From contig MNCI01002788.1 of the NCBI GenBank assembly GCA_015680685.1, forward strand, positions 8,413 to 72,412: 64,000 nucleotides of DNA, written 5' to 3'. Shown here one piece after another: positions 1 through 11,517 of this stretch. This DNA is from Gnetum montanum (lineage: Eukaryota; Plantae; Gnetophyta). Numbering within the stretch: position 1 is the first letter of the stretch; each line of letters opens with the position of its first letter. The notes beneath the pieces are model-generated. The model was given only the letters and a program-made list of their open reading frames with translations. It did not search any database and was not told the DNA's origin. The position numbers and the translations under genes were made by a program.

Positions 1-1197
1 AAAACAAAGTGAGAATTCAAAGCACATCCCTTAGATGAAATAAAATTTGGGCTACAAGCACTGGTTATGGAACCAAAAGTGTTCCCTCTAACTAAGGCCC
101 TTCTCACTTTCCATTCTCTTCTTTGTTTCGTCAGAATGGTGGTGGTTCTTTAGAGATGCATTCTTGTTCTTCAAGAGGATGGTTCAGCCAGCTGTATTAA
201 TGCGAAGTCACTAGACGTGGTTGGTTTAAGGCCGGAGTTGGAATGAGACTTGCCAAGTCACCTTAATCATAAACCACACAAGGGGCTGTACACCACCTTG
301 TCCTTGGGATTCCATTCCATTCTCTTCTCTCCATCTTTCTCTCCATAGTTCACCTCATTGCCAGTTGTATCATTAGTGTATATATTTTGGTTGATGCATT
401 ATTTTCTTTTTGGTAAATTCTTACGGTTAAGACTTTAACTCTTGTTCCAAATGACATTCCCTGAGCCTACAGACTCTTTGAATGTGGGATTACCAGGGCA
501 TCAAGGGCATGAGCCTGCTTTGGGGAGGACCCACTGGCATTCCTATTTGGAGCATTAGTAAAATTCTTTTCCTTAACATTTTGTAATTAATTTTATTTTG
601 TTCATTACCATCTTGACATCCATTTCATCGATGCCATAGTTGTCTCTTTTTACCTATCTTTCTTACTCCTTTTCTTTCTCCATTCTAACGCTACCAGAGG
701 TTCGCGATTAGTCATGGGGGTATAGGGCCTAATTTTTTCGATTTTCTCCTAGCCCCGAAATTTTTGATTTTCTTCCTAACCCCTACACCTTCGGTAGCCA
801 TCAGTAACATATTCCCAGATCCATATCAGCCATACCACAACCCAGCCAATGAGTTTACACTGAAGCAAGGTATCAATTACATGATGATTCAATTACCCTT
901 GCTAATATAAGACTATGTTGTGTGTGTAGATGGCAATCAAATAAACAACGGATTGGATCTAGAGCTAGAACAAACACTTGGAATGGAGCAGTACTGGAAG
1001 CAGCTATGCAAGGAGCAAGCTTGATAGTGTGCTTACCGAAGGACAACGAAAAGCGCAATCTTGGCGTTGGCAGTAGCAACACTTCTTTCTATCTCTCTCT
1101 TTCTCTCAAGCTGCCAACAAAGGCCTGATGTCATTGTAATAAGGTGTTCACCCTTGTTGTCATGAACACCAGTTTTGTCAAGTCTTGTAATAATGAT

Positions 1198-1798
1198 NNN
1201 NNNNNNNNNNNNNNNNNNNNNNNNNNNNNNNNNNNNNNNNNNNNNNNNNNNNNNNNNNNNNNNNNNNNNNNNNNNNNNNNNNNNNNNNNNNNNNNNNNNN
1301 CGGTCCGCCGCCAAATCTATAAATAAGAGGCGACACTTCCCTCATTTCCCATCCTAGGCTTAAAGTAGGGACACTCTAGCAATTTGATCACTCCAGAGAT
1401 AGAATATTTTCCATGTGNNNNNNNNNNNNNNNNNNNNNNNNNNNNNNNNNNNNNNNNNNNNNNNNNNNNNNNNNNNNNNNNNNNNNNNNNNNNNNNNNNN
1501 NNNNNNNNNNNNNNNNNNNNNNNNNNNNNNNNNNNNNNNNNNNNNNNNNNNNNNNNNNNNNNNNNNNNNNNNNNNNNNNNNNNNNNNNNNNNNNNNNNNN
1601 NNNNNNNNNNNNNNNNNNNNNNNNNNNNNNNNNNNNNNNNNNNNNNNNNNNNNNNNNNNNNNNNNNNNNNNNNNNNNNNNNNNNNNNNNNNNNNNNNNNN
1701 NNNNNNNNNNNNNNNNNNNNNNNNNNNNNNNNNNNNNNNNNNNNNNNNNNNNNNNNNNNNNNNNNNNNNNNNNNNNNNNNNNNNNNNNNNNNNNNNNN
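1198..1798. other. Assembly gaps (N runs 1198-1300 and 1418-1798)
   Basis: Runs of n in the sequence. Confidence 1.
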
Positions 1799-1959
1799 CA
1801 TACACCGTGACAACAACAAGTAAGTCTAGGAATACAATGAATAATTAACCCCAAGTGTTCCATGGGGCGTTTAGGCATTTAGTTTATGGAGTTCGACTGG
1901 ATCACGCGTGCTATGCTCGTTTCGTATGGTTGAGTGTAGGGGTACCTCGTCACTCATCA
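1198..1959 (+). repeat. 3' LTR of element A (start lies in an N gap, so approximate)
   Basis: TATAAAT box near 1318, a block homologous to the other LTRs (AGAATATTTTCCA.GTG), and terminal ACTCATCA. Confidence 0.65.
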
Positions 1960-4900
1960 GTGGTGAACAGGAAAAACTTGCCCATCCAAAAGTCTATTTC
2001 AAATATCTTGACAAAGGTTGATAAACTATAGGACTCTTTGGATGAAAAATTTCAAACTACTATAAAGATTGCTAAAGAATCCAAAGAGCAAAATAGTGAG
2101 CATGATCCCAGGAGGCAGAAAGAGGCTAAATGTGCCTACCAAAGAGGTAAGGGCAAAGCTATTGCAATAGAAGAAGTTGTGGAGACAGACTCTAATCATG
2201 ATGTTGGGTGTGATATTTGTCAATATGAACATCCTAAGGAATTTTTCCCTATGATGTCACTTACAAGAGTTCGATGTGTACGTACTGAATCCTCAACTAG
2301 AAAGGAGGTAAGCAACCAAATGATTGCCTTATCCTCAAGGCAATCCAAGGTAATTCCACTAGCATCAATAAGCTTACTATCCAAGTGGAGCTCCACCACA
2401 ACCATATGAGTAATACCAATAGTGGCAATAACCATAATCATGGGGAATACCACCACCAAGATAGTAGTACCCTTATAGGCAACTAGATCCATACAGGTAC
2501 TACGTTCAGCAATCCATTTCTCCACGTAGCTCTGCCAACCACACCTCATTCCAATATTACTATTATCCTCAAAAGTATCATTGTACTCATTCACCATCTA
2601 CTCATGAGAAGCCCCCGTATCCATACCATCCTCTGCATCTATCTACACACATCCCTCTACCTTTAACCCAGTTACCTCCTACTCCATCTATGTAGGGCAA
2701 AATTCTCTCACAACCATAGCAACAAAATGCAACAAGGGCTATAAAATTACAACCGGCCTTTCAACCGAGTGGTTCGGACAATAGATCCAAGAAACAAGCA
2801 TTTTTCAACCCAATAGTCCTCCCAAACACTCATAACCTAATGCGATTAGTCACCGAGTATCTCCAACACCCTCATCCTCTGCACCAAACACATTTGAGGG
2901 CCCTTCAAACCTATCACCTTAGATCTACACTATGATGTTAACTCATGTTGTCACTAATTGGATCAAGGCTAGCAACCTTACCATAAAGAGATCTAACTTG
3001 GGAATTCCTCTTATTTACTTACAAATCGCTGGACATGAGCCATGTAAGGCTCTTCTTGATTCTGGTTTCGGTGTCAATCTCATTTTCCATGACATGTACC
3101 AAGCCTAGAACCTACCACCCCTCAAGAAGAGAAATATTTCTTTAGAATTGGCAAACTAATCAAGCATGGTCCCTTTGGGATTAGTAAAGCACATTGTGAC
3201 TACAATCTGTGGATGGTCCTATCCTGCCAATTTTCTAGTGATCAAGATAGCAAACTGCAAAGAAGACTTCCCCATCATTATGGGACATGCATGGTTAAGC
3301 ATTATTAATGCAAGAATGGGCATCAGGAATCTCTCCTTGGAAATCTCCAAGAAGAACAAATTTAAACAACTCAAGAAGAAGTGTGTTCCATGTATTGCGT
3401 ACAATAATAATAGGTGCAATTGCATGCAGAAAATCTAATCCATTAAAAGCATATTCATTAAAGTATGCAATCAATGTGCACATGAAACTAGCATTCAAAG
3501 GTTCCTGTACACAAAAACCATAAAATAGGAGGGCACCTAATGGCTGACAGTTAACTTAAACAATAGCACACTATGCCTAGAACCTACTGAAAGCCTGACA
3601 TTTTCTTAGGTTGAGGGCATGGATGAACTTGGGCAAGTTCATCACCAACTCTCCAATGATGAAGTTAATGATACCTATTAGGGAGAGTTCGTAATCCCTG
3701 ATCATTTCAAGTTGGAGCCCCTAGAGTTAAAAACTCTGCCAGCTGGCATGGAGTATGCATTTTTAAAAAATGGCAAGCTAGTTATAATCAATGCAAATCT
3801 TGCTCCCAAAAAAAAAAGATAAGCTATTGAAGGTGGTCAACAAGTGGCCAATAGTATTTGCTTGGTCATATCCTGAACTGATTGGAATTGATCCAAGGAT
3901 ATGCCAGCATCATATCTACACCGACCTAGCCAAGAAGGCAACCGCAAAGGTGGCTGAATCCCAAGTTGAATTAGATCATCAAAGTGGAAATAGAACAACT
4001 TCTCAAGGTAGGGTTCATCTATCCCATCATGGATAGTGAGTGGGTTAGCCTACTCATATTGTATCAAAGAAAGATGGTAAGTGGCAGGTCTACATCAAAC
4101 TTAGGCTATTGAATATGGTAAGATTTAAAGATTTCCATTGCCATTTGTGGACCAAGTGTTGGATACCATATTTGGGCATTGCTATTATTGCTTCCTAGAT
4201 GGTTATAGTGGCTATAACCAAATTCAAATTGTGCTTAAAGATTAGCCCAAAACAACATTCATGAGTCCTTGGGAGACTTTTACATATTACAAAATGTTAT
4301 TCGGTCTATGCAATGCCCCTGCAACATTTCAACACCTATTCCTTAGTATTTTTCAATAGCAGATTGGTAGTGGGGTAGAAGTCTTTATGGATGACTTCTC
4401 TACCTATGGGGCTACATTTGAGCAAGCTCTAAATCACCTTGAGCAAGTACTAAAAAGATGTATTGAAAAAAATCTTAGGCTCAATTAGCAAAAAAAGCTA
4501 TTTAATGATCTAGGAGGACATAGTACTAGGACATAGAATTACTCAGGTAGGGATTGAGGTAGACTCAAAAAAGATAAGGGTCATCCAAGAAATCACACGC
4601 AAACCAAATATAGTCAAAGACATCTAATCACCCCTTGGACACACTGGCTACTACTAGCAGTTTATAGAGAATTTCTCTAAGATCTCAAAGTCATTGGTTG
4701 AGCTTACAAAGAAATATGTTGCATTCATCTGGACCAAGGAGTGTGAACATGCATTCCAACAGCTAAAGGAAAAACTTGTAGAAACTCCAATTTTACAGGC
4801 ACTAGACTAGTCCAGACCATTCCATATAATGATAGATGCATCTAATTATGCCTTGGAAGTTGTGCTTATGCAATTGGACAATAAGAAACATCCATATTAC

Positions 4901-6630
4901 ATTCACTATGCAAGTCAAAGCATTGTGGGTGCATAGTTGAATTACACCACAACTGAGGAAGAACTAATGGCAGTGATGTATGCTCTCAAAAATTTTAGGC
5001 ACTATGTCCATAAATATAAAGTGTTTGTGCAACAAATCATAGTGCCATCCACTTCCTAATGAATAAGCAAACAATCAATCCTCATATCATGCAATGGCTC
5101 ATGATCTTGCAAGAATTTGATCTTACAATGGTAGATCAAAAAGTGACTAAGAATGTGATCATCAACCATCTCTCTTGGTTAATATGAGATAACAAAGAGG
5201 AGGAGAGTCTACTCTCTGATAATTTCCAAATGAACTCCTCTTTATAGGAGCAATAAATGACCAAATGCCCACTAAATCAAAATGGTATGATGGCATCCTC
5301 ACTTACATTATCACTCAAAATATGCCACAAGATATGAAATTTAGGAAGAAAACAATTTCTTCATTAGGTTAAGTACTTCATGGAAATCAATGGACATCTT
5401 TAGAAGGTATGCATTGATGGCCTGGTTCATTGGTATGTCCCTAATGTGAACCAATTGCGCATTCTCAAGAATTCTCATGAAGGTCCTTGCGGAAGCCACT
5501 ATGCAAGGAGATACATGGCCATAAAAATCCTAATGGTAGGATACTATTGGCCTACAATCTTCAGGGATGCCCACTAGTTTGTCCAATCCTATGAACACTA
5601 TCAACGAGATGGTGGGATAACCACTCAAATGGATTATCCTCAATAGTGGATTCAATCACTTAAGCCCTTTGACATATGGGGCATAGACTTCATGGGCTCC
5701 ATCACACCCATGCCTAATAAAAAGGTGTACATCATCATGGCAATTGACTACTATACCAAATGGGTAGAAGTAGCATCTGTCATCGACTGCACATCATCCA
5801 CTGCTACTCGATTTGTACAACAACACATGTAAATAGGTTTGGTGTGCTACGGGCATTTTATTTCTGACAATGGAACCCATTTTACAAGTGCTACTTTTTA
5901 GAAGTTGATGCAACGCTTGGGGGTTGAACATAAATTAACAACACCCAATCACCCCCAAGCCAATGGCCAAGCAGAAGTCACCAATAGGGAGATCACAAAG
6001 ATCCTAACAAAGGTTGTAAGTAAATATAGGAGAGATTGGAGCACAAAACTCAATGACGCCCTCTAGGCCTACCACTTCACATGGAAACTCTCCATAGACT
6101 ACTCTTCCTATGAGCTGATGTACGAAAAACTTCCAACACTTCCAATCCAATATGAGCTCTGTACACTTTCAACAACCTATGACTTGGACATTGACCTAAG
6201 CCTAGCACAAAGAGAAAGATTAATCAACCTAAATGTGCTAGATGAAAATCGATTAGTGGTCCTATCTTTGAATGAAGTACATAAGGCATACAACAAGAAG
6301 AGTCATGACCTTAGAATACGCAAAGTAAAATTTCAACCTAAAGATAAGGTCCTCTACTGGAACCCCACACACGTACCTCAAAAAACAAAGTTCCAAACAT
6401 TGTGGGAGGGACCTTATATAATTAATGAAACTTTTCCTTTTGGGGCCATGTTAATTTACAAACCTGAGAGTTCAAACAAAAAGCAGTTGGTCAACATCCA
6501 ATAAGTGAAACCTTTCCTTGAGCCAAAGTGAGCTAGTACGACTAATACCTCATCGAATGCACAACCACGCTCTATATTCTACTTCTCTTCTCTTCAACTT
6601 AGTTGAGGGGGAGATGGCCATTCATGCTAA
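1960..6630 (+). pseudogene. Decayed gag(C-term)-pol of element B
   Basis: Gag knuckle CDICQYEH (~2210), protease ALLDSGFGVNL (~3050), RT FLDGYSGYNQI and VEVFMDDFS (~4190-4400), RNase H DASNYAL (~4835), integrase WGIDFMG (~5680) and WEGPYII (~6405). Many stops and frameshifts. Confidence 0.9.
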
Positions 6631-7579
6631 CCATATACATGGCTCCTCAATTTTTCACTTTCTTGTTTTACACAGTTTTGTTTTACACTTTGTTGCTTTT
6701 TACCCCTTTTTGATTTTTCACTCTATTGATTCTCTCGATTTTTGTTTTACAACATCGCTAGTATGTTTTATCTTTCTTGAATATTTTATAATTTCTTATA
6801 TATTTTACTTTATTTTTATGTGACTTTTCATTATTTTTGCTAATAAAAGTGTTTTATTACTATAGGACATAGTGCTAATGTTACTATTTACTAATGATGG
6901 TTTGTGCTTAATGTTTTGATTGTTAATGTTTAGCTTCTATTTTTGAATTCTAATGTCTGATGACTAAGATAGTTTATTTTCATGGAACAAGTAGTGAGTC
7001 CGTGTCATCCACCCATCCACAAACTCTATGGTTTTTCTTGTTTTGGAAGTTTGAGGTCCCTTTCATTAAATAAACTTTTAATAAATTTGTGACCTTGGTA
7101 GTTTCTAGAATTGGTAAGGATTCAAAGGTTTGCACAGGGTGTGACTTCAAGGGAACTCAATACTCTTTGTACTCTTCTACTTGGGTGCTTAAGTGCTTTC
7201 ATAGACTTCTTACCATTCCATGTCGACCAATAACAGAAAGTTAAATAAAGTCTTTGCATGGTGTGGTTCTCATTCAAAAAAATGATGGGAATTCAAAGCA
7301 CATCCCTTAGACAAATAAATGGACTACAAGCACTAGTTGAGGGATTAGAAAGACATGTTACCCATGCCTGAAGGTCACCTCTAACTAAGGCCCTCTCTTA
7401 CTTCCTACTTCTCTTTTCTTCTCTTTATGGAATGATGATCCCAATTGTTACACCTACCATAATGAGATAATGACTATAATCACAACTTAGCCAAGTGTAA
7501 CTTTCCTAACGAGATAAGGTATCCCAATTGTTTCACATTACACAATAATTGCTAACTCATGGTTATGTAGGGATTACAA

Positions 7580-10441
7580 ATGGCACTAAGACTGAAACAA
7601 TTGTAGCAGGGAGAACCATCTCAACAAAGGGAGAAACAACCCAAAACTAGAAGGGGCCAGCAAGAACAAGCCCAGGAACAAGTAGAAGAAACCCATGCAA
7701 CAAGACCTCTTCAAGAGGAGCCTAAAGTAAAATCTATTCAACAAATTCCCAAGGAAGAGACTGCAACAAAATAATCATAGTAAGGAGAGGCACCAAGGCC
7801 TGTACAGAGACTTGAAGTCATACTAACACAAGTTTTCCTTGATACAATCAAGCCCCATGATGTCCAACACTTAATTCCTTAGGAACTAAACTTTGGGCCA
7901 TTCCTAGAGAATGCTTTAGTGAAGGTAAATACATAATTACAAACCTCTCCCATGTGGCCAATCATCACTTCCAGTGGAAAGTGGTACATGGTAGAGACAT
8001 ACCTCTTCTGAAATAATAGAAGGACAAGTTCCACTATGAACATCAAGGACATTCACATGTCCTACTCCACTGAAGCCATTGTGCAAGCTATTAGGTTGCC
8101 TAATTCTGGGACACAACTGGTAGAACTTTCTATGCAAGCTGATCTAGAGGCAAAAAAGGAGTGGAGCTAGCAGTGTTATGATGTTGACCACAAGGAGTTT
8201 GACGTGCTCACACCAGCGAAGCACATATACTTCAAGATAGTGACCTATCACCTCAATCTAACATTGAGGCCTAGTAAGATGAATACCTTCTCCGCCCAAG
8301 CATGTGCCACTCTAAGTAGAAAATTTCTAGAAAACCTTCCACAATTAATCTATCTAAAAATAGAAAAGCATTTTAAAGAAAATGAATGTGGAAGGAAACC
8401 CCTACCCTTCCCACGCCTTATCAGAAAACTTTGCAAAAGGGCAGGGATAGTCCACAATGTCAATGACACAATCAAGCATACTCCCATTGCTTCTTGGTCT
8501 AAAATGATGAAGGATAAGACACTTACCATGTATAAAAAAGAGGAGCAGTAACCGCCACCTCCACCACCTACTTAGAAAACAATGTTGGAAGCCCACATTG
8601 CCATTGAGCACCTGCATAAAATTTAAGAGCAACTCTTAATAGTAGGAGCAACAAGCAGGAATGAGTGATGGGGATGCATCTGTGTATCAACCTGTGATGA
8701 GTCACCTTAATGAAGTGCCTCAAAAAATTAGTCAAATGGATGCAGGTGGACTAATATTTTTAGCCCAACAAACGTAGTTTCCACGAGATTAAATCCTAGT
8801 TCCTAATAAGTGACAGTGTCTTCCTCTCAATACCATTTATTCTCAAAAATCTCTGGAAATGCCACCTCCTTTATGATGCACTTGGAGGAGGGCAAGGGGG
8901 CAACTGTACTACTGATGTAGCACCAATGGTAGGAAACAGCTATAGAAGTGGTTGCTGATAGAATTTCTAAGGCACTTAACACACCTACAACATTTGTACC
9001 AGACATATGTGCACTTAGAGATGTGTAGACATCTGCAAGAACTTTCAGTAGAAGATCAAGTGCAACTTAGCATAAAGAGTTGTTGAACTAATTGGTGGGG
9101 ACCGGGCAACTGATTCCAAATATCTTTAATTTTCTAGATAACATTATTGCAACCCAATCGAAGTTGCTCGAAGCAAAGGGCAAATGTATCATCTTTGAAG
9201 GACAACTTGAAATGGCTCAAGCACAAAACCAACACTTGGCCACAGAGGTTGTTGAATTGTGTGCCCATTTTGCTAATCCTACACTTCTCAAACTTGCAAT
9301 AATAAGAGATGAAGCTTTCCAGTAGCTTCAAGAGCAACTAAAATAAGTTGAGGAGGGAATGGTGATGGCCATCTTTAACTAGTTCATAACCAAAGCAAAG
9401 ACCTATTCAGTTCAAAAGGACTTGGTTCAAATGCATCAAGAAAATGAAATGTTGATCATAGAAAATAATCACCTATGAAATGTTAATGCACAAAAATAAT
9501 AGATGCAAGAATTCATACATTAACAGTAAGAGCAACTAGCCAGGGTGAATATGAAATTGCGAAAATTAATAGTAGAGAATCACAATCTCTCTATGGAAGA
9601 AGTCCATGCCTTACACCATAAATCTGCCATTGAAATTGCCCCCTGGAAAAATGAGGCTCTGAAATTTAAGAGAGTCAAGAATCACTACAGAGACCAAGTT
9701 GGAATACAAAATGAGGTGAATGAGAAACATATCCAAGTGGATAAGGCAAAAGTAAATGAGGCTCTCCAGCAACTCCATCAAAAAATAGAAGTGTGGCTAC
9801 CTATCATTGATGGGATAGATGCCTACAACAAAGTAGAGATCTGCACGAAGGAGTTACAAATCAAAGAGATGATAGAATATATGGAATTGGCCAATCTCTG
9901 ATATGCAAATCTGGTAATGTTGACTATCAGATGGTCACGATTAGAACTTGAAAAGCAAGTGGCCAGCTCATACTTACTGTATGAGGCTGAATTCAAGCAC
10001 TGTAAGGACACCAAGCAAAAGCTTGCGACAGAAAATGCTGAACTCGAAGTTCTCAAGGCACAATTCACTGATCAACAATCAACTACCAAGAACTTGGCCA
10101 AGAGAATGAATGATTAGCAAGAGCTACAAAATACAATTAGGACGTTTGACATCAAGTGCAAATAGTTTGCTACTTGGTTCATCAATGCTAAGGAGCTGTT
10201 CCCAGCAATTCCCTATCCTTGAGATGTGCCCATTCCAGCCCACATTGGTGAAGCTGTGTGGATCATGCACGATCCTAAGAGTAAGGAGGAGAAAATGAAA
10301 CCATTGCTAAATGCTTTTCATCTTTCACCAAAAGTTGCAACAGCAGCAAGACAGCCACAACAACCTCAACTGCCACATGTGTTGAAAGCTGGAGAAGGTC
10401 AGTTGAAGCCTCAAGAGCCTCCATTGCCTAGGACTATGTGA
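7580..10441 (+). pseudogene. Accessory (env-position) ORF of element B: plant-transposon-type N-terminal domain plus long coiled-coil region
   Basis: Fragmented sense ORFs 8204-8551, 9092-9325, 9545-9901, 9917-10117 and 10226-10441. Motifs YSTEAIVQAIRLPNSG (~8065) and LPFPRLIRKLCKRAGI (~8400). The downstream part is E/K/Q/L-rich and heptad-like. Confidence 0.7.
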
Positions 10442-10666
10442 TCTTTTCAATGGTCTTCACGTCATCAAAGGATGTGTTGTCTGATTTTTATTTGGTGTTC
10501 AAGTTCATGTCATGAACACCGTGAATTTGTAATTTTGTTTATCCTTACACCCAAGCACTTAGTTTGGTCATGTTAGTTATGTTGCATCATGTGCTAGCCT
10601 ATAATCCCATACCTTTTCAATTTTGTAAAGAACTAAAGAACAAATTTTCATTTAGTCATGGGGGTA

Positions 10667-11517
10667 TGATGAGTCGCGAATTGGCCTCGTCAACTGGGTC
10701 GCATTGAATAGGCCCCATCAACACAAGGCACGTTCTTGCCTATAAATACGTGCTAACCAGCCATGTTTAAGCATCATCATTTCATCTTTGTAGTGAAGCT
10801 TTTGCAGTTTTTACATTTGAAAGTTAGAATATTTTCCCAAGTGCCCGTAGCAAGAGTCATTGAGTATACAAATCTTTCTTCGAGCACTATTGTACCTAAG
10901 CATGACAGTGTGTGCAGCAATAAAGACGAACTTCTTGATAAACTTTGCAGCATTTTGGATAGCTTAAATGTTTCATTCATGCATTTAATGGTTTTAGTTA
11001 TTTATTCAATGTTCTCCAGTAATTAAGCTAATTAAGTAATTAAGCGAGATAAGCTAAATAGCAATTAAGTAAACACATAAGTACAATCACTTCGAGCATG
11101 CATATGGCATTTGGTAATCCCAACAGTGCTTAACACTTAGTAACCCAGCAATGTTATACGCATTCAAGATGTGTACAGCAAGTGGGACCGAATACTTATG
11201 TTAGGACTAGTTGAACAAATAGTTAGCCAATTAGATTGAAGTAGACATTAAATTACTTTGTTCTCTATCCTATTTATTTCAAGCACCCAAGCCGTAAAAT
11301 ATAAAATGATAAAAATCATGTACCTCAATTATACTTAAACCATACCTTTGAGCTTCACAAGTGTAGTTGGGAAGACAATGAACATCCTCAACATCTAGTT
11401 TACTTCCCAAAGAACTAGTGCACCAGGAAACTATAGAGTCCGCAAAATTCGACTAGATCATGTGTGAATGCTTTGTGACTTATATGGTTAAGCATAGGGG
11501 TATTCGACCACTCATCA
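10667..11517 (+). repeat. 3' LTR of element B (851 bp)
   Basis: Follows the PPT. Begins TGATGAGT and ends ACTCATCA (8-bp terminal inverted repeat). TATAAAT at 10741. Confidence 0.9.

Larger units (their letters stand above)
1..1959 (+). mobile_element. Ty3/gypsy (Athila-like) element A, 3' portion: 3' UTR plus 3' LTR, inserted into gag of element B
   Basis: 1-110 and 500-540 match the post-integrase UTR blocks of B and C (GAATTCAAAGCACATCCCTTAG, CTAACTAAGGCCC, GCCTGCTTTGGGGAGGACCCACT). It ends in the family LTR terminus GGGGTACC..CACTCATCA at 1959, followed directly by mid-gag sequence. Confidence 0.75.
1960..11517 (+). mobile_element. Ty3/gypsy Athila-like element B with long accessory ORF (5' end lies outside the window, beyond element A)
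   Basis: Domain order gag-PR-RT-RH-INT, long 3' region with an extra ORF, PPT (AGTCATGGGGGTA) and 3' LTR. Colinear with C and D, which have tRNA-Asp-type PBSs. Confidence 0.9.

Noticed and set aside
1033-1878. Long ORFs in the supplied track
   Set aside because: They are artefacts of N runs (poly-X).
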